Positions 10,718 to 18,514 of a stretch of 64,000 nt of DNA are shown piece by piece. Source of the DNA: an uncultured Candidatus Binatia bacterium (GTDB taxonomy: Bacteria; Desulfobacterota; Binatia; Bin18). Under the pieces are notes generated by a model. It saw only the letters and a program-made list of their open reading frames with translations, was not told the origin of the DNA and made no database searches. Positions within the stretch are counted from its first letter, which is position 1, and every line of letters starts with the position of its first letter. The stretch spans positions 1,152,001 to 1,216,000 of the forward strand of contig OZ241744.1 of assembly GCA_965200965.1 (NCBI GenBank). The letters are read 5' to 3'. The position numbers and the translations under genes were made by a program.

Positions 10718-13173
10718 TGAGAGACTCCCGGCAGGGGTCGCCCCGCCCCGCCTCGCTCCGGCAACGCCATGTCCACCGCCCAGCCCCGGCCCGCCTCAGC
10801 AACCTGCCCAGTACGGAGACGCGCCAGAGGATAGGCGGGCAGCCGCACCGTCGCCAGACACTTGTCAGCAAACCGCGCCGCCTGCTGTACATGCGGCATG
10901 GCGTGCCGCCACCAGTCGTCAAAACTAAAATCCAGGACCGCAAACCCCAAGGACCGCTGCGCAGCGGCCAGCACCGCCCGCTCCCGGGGGAAGACCTCCA
11001 GGAAGAAGCGCCCCCGTGTGTCCGCCCGCTGACACCCCGCTTTGACATACGTCAGGGTCCGCCCCTCCAGGTACAGGGCAAAGGCAGAGCGGGCCACCGG
11101 CGGGGCCGCCACCACCGCCCGGTATCGCGCCTCAAGCAGGTCGGTGGCGCGCACGCCAGCAGCCGACCACGCCAGGGCGACGTGCCAGCGATCCACGCCC
11201 CCGGGGGTGATCAGGCGGGCTTCAAGCGTTTGGATCGCATACGGGGGCAGCGGATGCCGGATCAGACACGCCCCGTCAAGGTGGACCCCGTAATCGGAGA
11301 AGTCGAAATGCCGGATCTCACGGCTTGGCCCCGGCCGCCACCCGGGGCGGCCGGCAGCGGCAGCGGGGTCCACGGGCACGACATAGACCACGAAGCGCCC
11401 CCGCACATCGTCCGGACGACAGGGGGCCTTCACCCAGCTCAAGGTGTCCCCGTCCCGGTACAGGTCAAACGCCGAGCGGAGCAGGGGCCGCCCGGCGGTG
11501 GTGGCCCGGTAGAACTGCCGGTAGCGCTCGGCGGTGGCCCCGTCCACCAGGGCCGGGTCGATCGCGAGCACCGTGAGGATGGTGTTGTTGTAGACTTGAC
11601 GGGTGTAGACAACGGGTGCGAAGGGGCGATCAAAACTGGACACATGATTGGTCATATAAAAGTCCCCCTCCTCCTCCTCCTCTATTCCGTCAGCGAAGAC
11701 AATGCGACGCCGGGCTGCCTTGGGCAGGATACCCCGGTTCATGGTGTACGCATGGATGTTGATATAGTCCGTCACTAGAGAGATGGGTGAGGCGGGCTGA
11801 CGCTGAAGCAGATATTCCAGCCCCTCCCGGTGCGCCGTCAGCCAGTAGTCCATGTCATACTGCCCACGCAGATACTCGGGCGTGCGCCGGTCCACCAGCC
11901 GGTTGAAATAGATCTGCTGGTAGGGATGAAGCCCAACCATTTCGATGACCAGGCCAGCCACGCCAGCCACGGCCAAGCCATAGACACCGGCCCGCAGGGC
12001 TGGCCAGCGACACACGCCAGCCAGCCGCCGCAGACCAGCCACGGCCAGCAGACACAACGGAGCGTAGAGGAAATACATGTGCCGCCAGCCACTGTAGACA
12101 TTGGCATTCAGGACGATGACGGCCCCAACGGGCAGGAGCACGCAGGCCACGAGCAGGCCCTCAAAGCGGGTGGTGGGGTTGCGGAGCAACTCGCCGGGGT
12201 GGGTCAGAGTCCGCCAGAGCACGCCAGCCGCCCCGATGAGGCTCAGCAGCAGCACGCCCGGCGGGGTGGTGATGGCCAGCCAAGTCGGAATGTAGTGCGC
12301 CGGAATGGCCGGCCAACTGATGAACTCGCCTTGAAAGAGCATAGTAGGACGGTAAGGGCGCTGGGAGAGGACTGCAATCGCGTCAAGCAGCTCCAAGGGA
12401 TTGCCCCACAGATAGGGCGAGACCGCATACAGCGTCAAGACACTGGCCAGCCCGAACACCCCCAGCGTCCTCCCCACCTGCCGCCGTTCCGCCCGACTCC
12501 CCGCTCGCACCCAATCCACTACCCGCATCACCATCACCGCCACAAACAATCCCCCACCCATGATGCGTAAGTTCGTTGCGACCCCCACCCCCACCCCACA
12601 CAGCGCATACGCCCCCCCCCCCCCCCGCTGCCACGCCCGGTGAATCAGGGCCAGACAGCCCAGGAAGGCCACCAGGAAGGGAATGTCCTTGGTGTTGAAA
12701 AACGAGTGGGCATACAGCCGGGGATGGAGCACGAAGAGGCCGAGGGCCAGCAGGGCCAGCCAGCGGCTGCCGAACAGCCGGGAGGCCAGCCAGGCCGCCC
12801 CCCCGCCGCCAGCCAGAAAGCACAGGTGGGTGAGCAGATGGCGGCTCAAGTGGATGGCGCGGCTGTCGGTGAGATCCAGCAGCCGCTCAACCAGCACCAG
12901 CGGTACTTCGAAGACGACACCGTAGTAGCGGTTCTGGGGGGGACCGGGGGGGCGCAGGGTCTCGGTCTCGCCCAGCGCATAGGCGATTGCCGCCTGGCCG
13001 ATCCCGTGTTGCTGATCCCCGTCCAACCCCACCGCGTAATCGTCAAGGACGGCCAGTCCCACCACAACCAGGACCGCCAGGGCCAGCGGGACACCATGGG
13101 CGGCCACGAAGGCCACCGCCGCCGTGGACCAGCGGGCCACGCCCCGGAGGACGGAGGGACGCCTGCTTGTCAT
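10714..13173 (-). CDS. GT-C fold membrane glycosyltransferase, tandem copy A (819 aa, first in the array)
   Basis: ORF 10714..13338, restarted at MTSRRPSV (ATG 13173, overlapping the TGA of the upstream ORF, GGGAG SD). Confidence 0.88.
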   Translation of the reverse strand: MTSRRPSVLRGVARWSTAAVAFVAAHGVPLALAVLVVVGLAVLDDYAVGLDGDQQHGIGQAAIAYALGETETLRPPGPPQNRYYGVVFEVPLVLVERLLDLTDSRAIHLSRHLLTHLCFLAGGGGAAWLASRLFGSRWLALLALGLFVLHPRLYAHSFFNTKDIPFLVAFLGCLALIHRAWQRGGGGAYALCGVGVGVATNLRIMGGGLFVAVMVMRVVDWVRAGSRAERRQVGRTLGVFGLASVLTLYAVSPYLWGNPLELLDAIAVLSQRPYRPTMLFQGEFISWPAIPAHYIPTWLAITTPPGVLLLSLIGAAGVLWRTLTHPGELLRNPTTRFEGLLVACVLLPVGAVIVLNANVYSGWRHMYFLYAPLCLLAVAGLRRLAGVCRWPALRAGVYGLAVAGVAGLVIEMVGLHPYQQIYFNRLVDRRTPEYLRGQYDMDYWLTAHREGLEYLLQRQPASPISLVTDYINIHAYTMNRGILPKAARRRIVFADGIEEEEEGDFYMTNHVSSFDRPFAPVVYTRQVYNNTILTVLAIDPALVDGATAERYRQFYRATTAGRPLLRSAFDLYRDGDTLSWVKAPCRPDDVRGRFVVYVVPVDPAAAAGRPGWRPGPSREIRHFDFSDYGVHLDGACLIRHPLPPYAIQTLEARLITPGGVDRWHVALAWSAAGVRATDLLEARYRAVVAAPPVARSAFALYLEGRTLTYVKAGCQRADTRGRFFLEVFPRERAVLAAAQRSLGFAVLDFSFDDWWRHAMPHVQQAARFADKCLATVRLPAYPLARLRTGQVAEAGRGWAVDMALPERGGAGRPLPGVSQ

Positions 13174-13786
13174 TGAGAGACTCCCGGCAGGGGCCGCCCA
13201 GCCCCGCCTCGCTCGGGGAACAGAATGGCGATGAACAGCGCTGCCCAGCCGCTGACCCATACATCGCCGAAGAGGCAGATGACCGGCACAGAGACGACCC
13301 CCACCAATGCCAGCCCGGTGGCGAGCAAGCCCAGCCACGTCGCCACCCGCAGGGGAGCTAAGGAGAACAACACAATGGCGTCAGTGGCAAAGTGGAGCAT
13401 CTTCTGGAGCGGCCATTGAGTATCACCCACGGCCCGGACCGCCCGTCGGTAAAGAACCGCCTCCTGACGGAAGCCTGTCCAGGCCACCATGCCGCGCACG
13501 AAACGGTTGCGTTCCGGCATGGTCAGGAAGGCGTCCACCACCGCGCGGTCCATCAGCCGGAAATCCCCAGTGTCGAGCTGAGGGCAGCCACCAGACGGCG
13601 GTGCGTCTCGGTCAGGACCACTTCCTCGTTGAAGCAGGGGACAACCACAGACAGGAGAGCGCAGGTTCCGGCGCTGGACGTCTTCCGCACTTCGCTGCAG
13701 GTGAACTCCCTCGTCCAAACCTCGTCTCCACCGCAAACACACTCAGTTCTGATAGCGGCGACATCTCCCATTACTCTGCTCGTCAA
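13170..13786 (-). pseudogene. GtrB/YfdH-like polyprenol-phosphate glycosyltransferase (GT2) remnant with a large internal deletion
   Basis: LSVVVPCFNEEVVLTETHRRL (GT2 N-terminus) jumps with a frame change near 13580 to DTGDFRLMDRAVVDA...PERNRFVRGMVAWTGF and the TM segments. The DxD-containing core is missing. Confidence 0.8.
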
Positions 13787-15633
13787 TCCAACTCAAACGC
13801 CTCCGCATGGGCATGGCGGAGCGCCGGGTTCTGCGCCGTCTTGCGCAGAAAACAGTTGCCGATGGCCAGGCAATCAAGGTCGGTGCCCATGAAGCAGCGG
13901 AAGGCGTCTGTGGGCGTACACACGATAGGCTCGCCGCGCACATTGAAGCTGGTGTTCACCAACACCGGGCAGCCCGTCTTGGCCTTGAACGCTTCAAGCA
14001 GCGCCCAGTAGTGGGGATTGGTCTCACGGTGGACGGTCTGCACGCGGGCAGAATAATCGACATGCGTCACCGCGGGAATGTCCGAGCGCGGGATGTGCAA
14101 CAGGGCAATGCCGGACAGGGCACGCTGCGCCTCAGTCGCCGTCCTGCGTCGCTCTGGCTTCACGTCGGCGGCCAGCAGCATGTAGGGGCTGTCGCGGTCA
14201 AGCGCGAACCAGTCGGCCACATCAGCCCGCAGCACGCTCGGCGCAAAGGGGCGGAAGGACTCGCGGTGTTTGACCTTGAGATTGAGCGTCTTTTGCATGG
14301 CGGGCGAACGCGCGTCGGCCAGGATGGAACGGTTGCCCAAGGCGCGCGGCCCAAACTCCATCCGCCCCTGGAACCAGCCTATCGCTTTGCCCGTGGCCAG
14401 CGCCTCGGCTGTGACGTTGATCAGCGCGTCGGCCGTCAAGGTCTCGTAGCACGCGCCGGCCGCGTCCAGCGCCGCGCGGATCTCATCCGGGCCGAACTCG
14501 GGGCCGAGAAAAGCCCCCTGCATGGCGTCGCCAGTTGCCCCACGGTTCGCCCCCTCACAGTGGCGCGGCTCGCCGAACAGGCGATGACCGGCCACCAGCG
14601 CGGCACCCAGCGCGCCCCCGGCATCGCCCGCTGCCGGCTGCACCCAGATGTCCTCAAACTTGCCGTCTCGCGCCACCTTGCCGTTGGCCACGCAGTTGAG
14701 CGCCACGCCGCCGGCCAGACACAGATGCGGGATGCCGGTCTCGGCCCGCAGCGAGCGGGTCAGCCTCAGCACCGCTTCCTCAACCACCGCCTGCGCCGAG
14801 GCCGCCAAGTCCATGTGCCGCTGCGTCAGGGGTTCCTCCGGCGTGCGCGCCGGGCCGCCGAACAGCGCGTTGAAGCGGGTGTTGGTCATGGTCAGCCCGG
14901 TGCAGTAGTTGAAGTAGTCAAGGTTGAGGCGGAAAGTGCCATCGGCCTTCAGGTCAATCAGGTGGTCAAGAATAGTACGGGCGTAGGTCGGCTCGCCGTA
15001 GGGTGCCAGGCCCATCAGCTTGTATTCGCCGGCATTAACCTTGAAGCCGGTGTAAAAGGTGAAGGCCGAGTAGAGCAGCCCCAGGGAGTGCGGGAAGTGG
15101 AGTTCGCGGATGATCGCCAACTCGTTGCCGTGGCCGATGCCGACCGAGGTCGTGGCCCATTCGCCCACTCCGTCCAGGGTCAGCACCACCGCATCGCGGA
15201 ACGGAGACGGATAGAACGCGCTTGCCGCGTGCGCCTGATGGTGCTCGGCAAACAGCAGCCTGGCGTTCCAGTCCACATCCGGGGCGAGTCCTTGCAGCTT
15301 CCGGCGCAGTAGGCTCTTCTGAAACAGCTTCTCTTTGATCCACAGCGGGGCGGCCATGCTGAACGAGCGGAAGCCGCGCGGCGCAAAGGCCACATAGGTT
15401 TCGAGCAGCCGCTCGAACTTGAGGAAGGGCTTGTCGTAGAACGCCACCCGGTCAATGGCCGCGGGGGGCAGGCCAGCCTGATCGAGACAGGCGGCAATGG
15501 CCTTGGCCGGATAGCCGGAATCGTGCTTCCTGCGGGTGAAGCGCTCCTCCTGGGCCGCGGCGACAATCCGCCCGCCATCCACCAAGGCTGCGGCGCTGTC
15601 GTGATAGAAGGCCGAGAGACCGAGAATGCGCAT
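13783..15633 (-). CDS. Carbamoyltransferase, NodU/CmcH (SxtI/TobZ-like) family
   Basis: 616 aa; ILGLSAFYHDSAAAL, AAQEERFTRRKHD, EHHQAHAASAF, DGVGE, GEYKLMGLAPYG, AGGVALN, EFGPRALGNRS, NTSFNVRGEPIV. Confidence 0.95.
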   Translation of the reverse strand: MRILGLSAFYHDSAAALVDGGRIVAAAQEERFTRRKHDSGYPAKAIAACLDQAGLPPAAIDRVAFYDKPFLKFERLLETYVAFAPRGFRSFSMAAPLWIKEKLFQKSLLRRKLQGLAPDVDWNARLLFAEHHQAHAASAFYPSPFRDAVVLTLDGVGEWATTSVGIGHGNELAIIRELHFPHSLGLLYSAFTFYTGFKVNAGEYKLMGLAPYGEPTYARTILDHLIDLKADGTFRLNLDYFNYCTGLTMTNTRFNALFGGPARTPEEPLTQRHMDLAASAQAVVEEAVLRLTRSLRAETGIPHLCLAGGVALNCVANGKVARDGKFEDIWVQPAAGDAGGALGAALVAGHRLFGEPRHCEGANRGATGDAMQGAFLGPEFGPDEIRAALDAAGACYETLTADALINVTAEALATGKAIGWFQGRMEFGPRALGNRSILADARSPAMQKTLNLKVKHRESFRPFAPSVLRADVADWFALDRDSPYMLLAADVKPERRRTATEAQRALSGIALLHIPRSDIPAVTHVDYSARVQTVHRETNPHYWALLEAFKAKTGCPVLVNTSFNVRGEPIVCTPTDAFRCFMGTDLDCLAIGNCFLRKTAQNPALRHAHAEAFELD

Positions 15634-15636
15634 AGT

Positions 15637-15786
15637 TCAAAAGAGCGTGTAGATCATCGGCGCGACCGCGCTGCTCTGGGCCAGCATAATCAGCCAGCCC
15701 AGCACCAGCATGGTGACAATGACCGGCAACAGCCAGTATTTTTTGCGCACCCGCAGAAAGGCCCAGAATTCGTACAGAAAAGACAT
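15637..15786 (-). CDS. SxtK-like small membrane protein (DUF5989), 49 aa
   Basis: Not in the ORF track. Manual translation MSFLYEFWAFLRVRKKYWLLPVIVTMLVLGWLIMLAQSSAVAPMIYTLF, with a GAGGTG SD upstream. Confidence 0.9.
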   Translation of the reverse strand: MSFLYEFWAFLRVRKKYWLLPVIVTMLVLGWLIMLAQSSAVAPMIYTLF

Positions 15787-15794
15787 GACTCACC

Positions 15795-16229
15795 TCAGAA
15801 CTGGTTTTGCATGGACTCAGGCTCTGGCCCCGGTGGCTCACGGTGGAGCCAGTAGCTGGCCGCGGTCGGGTCGGCACGCAGACGCAGCGGGTCCTTGCCC
15901 AGGGCGCGCATGATGAGGCCGGTCGGCGTCACCACCGCGAAGTAGATCACCGCCAGGATGACCGGGCTGACGAGGCGGTGGAGAAGCAGGCCGAGCCTGA
16001 ACCAGACCGTGTTGAACGGGGCCAGCGCCTCGGCCTTGACCAGCGTCACTGCCAGCACCACACCGGCAAGGGCCAGCGCCCAGCCGCGGGGCGGGCCACC
16101 GCCAAGCAGCGGAAACAGACCGATCACGACAAACAGGGCGACGAAGACGGCACCGAAACTGCGCTCTGAACTCCTCGCGCCCGCTTCGTCGTCTGTCAGC
16201 CGCTCGTGGGACTGCATCCGTTTCGGCAT
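15795..16229 (-). CDS. SxtJ family membrane protein
   Basis: RSFGAVF...W.RLGLLL.R.VSPVIL..IYFAVVTP.GLIMR.LGKDPL...SYW...MQNQF; lies next to the sxtK-like and carbamoyltransferase genes. Confidence 0.88.
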   Translation of the reverse strand: MPKRMQSHERLTDDEAGARSSERSFGAVFVALFVVIGLFPLLGGGPPRGWALALAGVVLAVTLVKAEALAPFNTVWFRLGLLLHRLVSPVILAVIYFAVVTPTGLIMRALGKDPLRLRADPTAASYWLHREPPGPEPESMQNQF

Positions 16230-16427
16230 ACCACAAGTCTTTCTCTCCAGGAGCCCATCGGGTTAGACATCCGGCGGTCAAACACACTACAGCCCCCGAG
16301 AGAGGCAAGTCTATCAAAAACGCAGGTCTCAACCAAGTATGAGGCATGAATGCCGGAGAACGGGTCAAAATCCGCCTGGACCTTGGGACGAGGATGAAAG
16401 GCCGAGGGCCGTCGATCTGGGGCGGGT

Positions 16428-17306
16428 TCATAGACGCAACTCGGCCGGTTCAATGTCAAGTGTGGTCACCCGGCGCAGTTCACGGGGGTATGTGGTGTCC
16501 TCAAAGGGCTGGGCGCGGTGCATGGTGGCCCGGTTGTCGTAGATTACCAAGTCGCCGACATGCCACCCGTGCCGATAGACAAAGGCCGGCTGGGTGGCGT
16601 GTTCAATCAACTCCAGCAGCAGCAGTCGGCCTTCGGGGAGCGGCCAGTCCATGATCTTCGAGGCGTGGGCGGCAATGTAGAGCGACTTGCGCCCTGAGCT
16701 TGGCAGGGTCCGAATCAGGGGGTGGACTGCGCCCTCCAGAATCTCTTGCTCTTGTGGCGAGAACTCAAAGCCCAGGACTTGGCGCGAGTGGGCGATTGAA
16801 TGGTGGGCCCGCAGGCCCTCCAGCCGGGCTTTCAGCTCGGGCGATAAGGCGTCGTAGGCCGCCCGCATATCGGCATATTCGGTATCGGCCCCGACCGGCG
16901 GGATGACCCGGGCGAACAGCATGGAATAGCGCCCGGGCGGGTCCTGGAAGGAGGCGTCGGTGTGCCACAGCCGATTACCCAGACCGTACATGCGCCGGCG
17001 GTCGTCGGCCGGCTGAATCTGGCCGTCGTCGGTCAGGTTTGAGACATCGGCCAGGGCTTCGTTGCCAAAGCGGTTCTTTTTGAGGGCGCTGATGCCGGTC
17101 TTGGTGTGCAGCTTGCCGTCCAGCCGACGGGCAAAGGCCAAGTGCTCCTCATCGCTGAAGCGCTGCTCCCGGAAGACCAGCAGCGCGTATTCGTCCATGC
17201 CGGCCCGGAGTTCGGCCAGAGTTTGCCGGTCGTGAACCCGGCGGAGATCAAGCCCAGCCACCTCAGCGGCAAAATGGGGGTGCAGTTTCCGAAATGTCAC
17301 AGCCAT
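16428..17306 (-). CDS. TauD/TfdA family Fe(II)/2-oxoglutarate dioxygenase
   Basis: WHTDASF (HxD), GADTEYADMRAAYDAL, W.VGDLVIYDNRATMHRA. Confidence 0.92.
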   Translation of the reverse strand: MAVTFRKLHPHFAAEVAGLDLRRVHDRQTLAELRAGMDEYALLVFREQRFSDEEHLAFARRLDGKLHTKTGISALKKNRFGNEALADVSNLTDDGQIQPADDRRRMYGLGNRLWHTDASFQDPPGRYSMLFARVIPPVGADTEYADMRAAYDALSPELKARLEGLRAHHSIAHSRQVLGFEFSPQEQEILEGAVHPLIRTLPSSGRKSLYIAAHASKIMDWPLPEGRLLLLELIEHATQPAFVYRHGWHVGDLVIYDNRATMHRAQPFEDTTYPRELRRVTTLDIEPAELRL

Positions 17307-17464
17307 GCCGGGCCCCTCCTTGTCATGCGGCCCGCTCAGGATGACAGAAGCCTACGGTTTTCCAGGCCCGGAGTCAACGAAGCCGGTCGCCGCTCGAACG
17401 GGCATAGCCCTGCCCAGCCTGAACCGCTATGCTCTCTTGTCAAAAGACGACACAGGAGGTCGGT

Positions 17465-18340
17465 ATGGATATCGGAAACCTTGGCATCTGGTTTTTTCTG
17501 GACAGCATGAGCGCCCCGGACAGCACGGCCTTTGCCCAATCGGTCGAAACAGCCGGCTATAAGACGCTGTGGATTCCCGAGGCGGTCGGGCGCGAGCCGT
17601 TTGCCCACGCCGCCTATCTGCTCAGCAACACGGAAACCCTCAACTTGGCCACCGGCATTGCCAATATCTGGGCGCGGGACGCCTACACGATGGCCACGGC
17701 CACCAACACGGTCGCCGAGCTGTCGGGCGGCCGCTTTGTGCTGGGCATTGGCGTCAGCCATAAACCGCTGGTCTCCAATCTGCGCGGCCACAGCTACGAC
17801 AAGCCGTACAGCTATATGAAGGACTACCTGCCCAAACTCAAGGATGTCTTCTATCAGGCCCCCAAGCCGGCAGAGCCGGCCCCAATCCTCATCGCCGCCC
17901 TGCACCCCAAGATGCTGACCCTGTCCGCGGAGCAGGCCCAGGGCACACATACCTATTTTGTACCGCCCGAGCATACGGCCAAGGTCCGGGCCCAGATTGG
18001 CCCCGAGCCGTGGATCTGCGCCGCCCAAGCCGTTATTCTGGAAACGGACGCGACCAAGGCGCGGGCCGCCGCCCGGCAATACATGAAAACCTATGTCCCC
18101 CGGCTGCCCAATTACACCAGGAACCTGAAAAATCTGGGCTGGCCGGACGAAGCCTTTGAGGACGGCTGTAGCGACGCCCTCGTTGATGCCATTGTCGCCT
18201 GGGGGAGCGAGGAAAAAATCCAGGATCGCATTGACGCCCATCTCAAAGCCGGCGCGACCCATGTGTGCCTGCTGCCGATTCGGGCCGACGACGAAGCCCT
18301 GCCCGACCCGCGCGTTGTCGAAGCCTTCGCCCAGCGCTAA
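17465..18340 (+). CDS. LLM-class (probably F420-dependent) oxidoreductase, TIGR03620-like
   Basis: GGAGG SD before ATG 17465; LWIPEAVGREPF, LATGIANIWARD, GRFVLGIGVSH, AGATHVCL. Confidence 0.85.
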   Translation: MDIGNLGIWFFLDSMSAPDSTAFAQSVETAGYKTLWIPEAVGREPFAHAAYLLSNTETLNLATGIANIWARDAYTMATATNTVAELSGGRFVLGIGVSHKPLVSNLRGHSYDKPYSYMKDYLPKLKDVFYQAPKPAEPAPILIAALHPKMLTLSAEQAQGTHTYFVPPEHTAKVRAQIGPEPWICAAQAVILETDATKARAAARQYMKTYVPRLPNYTRNLKNLGWPDEAFEDGCSDALVDAIVAWGSEEKIQDRIDAHLKAGATHVCLLPIRADDEALPDPRVVEAFAQR

Positions 18341-18514
18341 GCGCGGCCAGATGGGCCAGGAGCAAGCCAAGAGGTGTCAAGGAATAGACCGCCGGAAGCT
18401 GAAGAGCGGGTCACAGCCCTCCGCACAACCATCCGAGCCCCAAACCGCCCAGCCCGTCACGAGTCCGGGCCGGACCTGTTTTTCCGGGACTGGCGAGCCG
18501 CGGGCCGCTGGACC

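Larger units (their letters stand above)
1..13215 (-). repeat. Tandem gene array: at least 5 direct repeats of a ~2.45-kb unit (one expanded to 3.7 kb)
   Basis: Gene starts at 13173, 10717, 7005, 4558 and 2084. Long identical stretches recur, e.g. cttggtgttgaaaaacgagtgggcatacagccggggatgga in all five copies. Confidence 0.95.

Noticed and set aside
1-13200. Long plus-strand ORFs repeated across the array (e.g. 7409..9322, 1859..3172, MNQGQTAQEG...)
   Set aside because: Antisense shadows of GC-rich coding sequence. They recur only because the genes are repeated and show no family motifs.
1-13200. Diversity-generating retroelement or shufflon as the source of the variable blocks
   Set aside because: No reverse transcriptase or site-specific recombinase in the window. 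The differences are not adenine-restricted and include indels, all units are direct full-length genes, and no inverted crossover sites were seen.
1-13200. CRISPR-like pattern of constant and variable segments
   Set aside because: The period is about 2.45 kb and protein-coding; there are no short repeat-spacer units or cas genes.
13783-16229. Saxitoxin biosynthesis cluster
   Set aside because: Only I/J/K-like genes are present; no sxtA, sxtG or other core genes.
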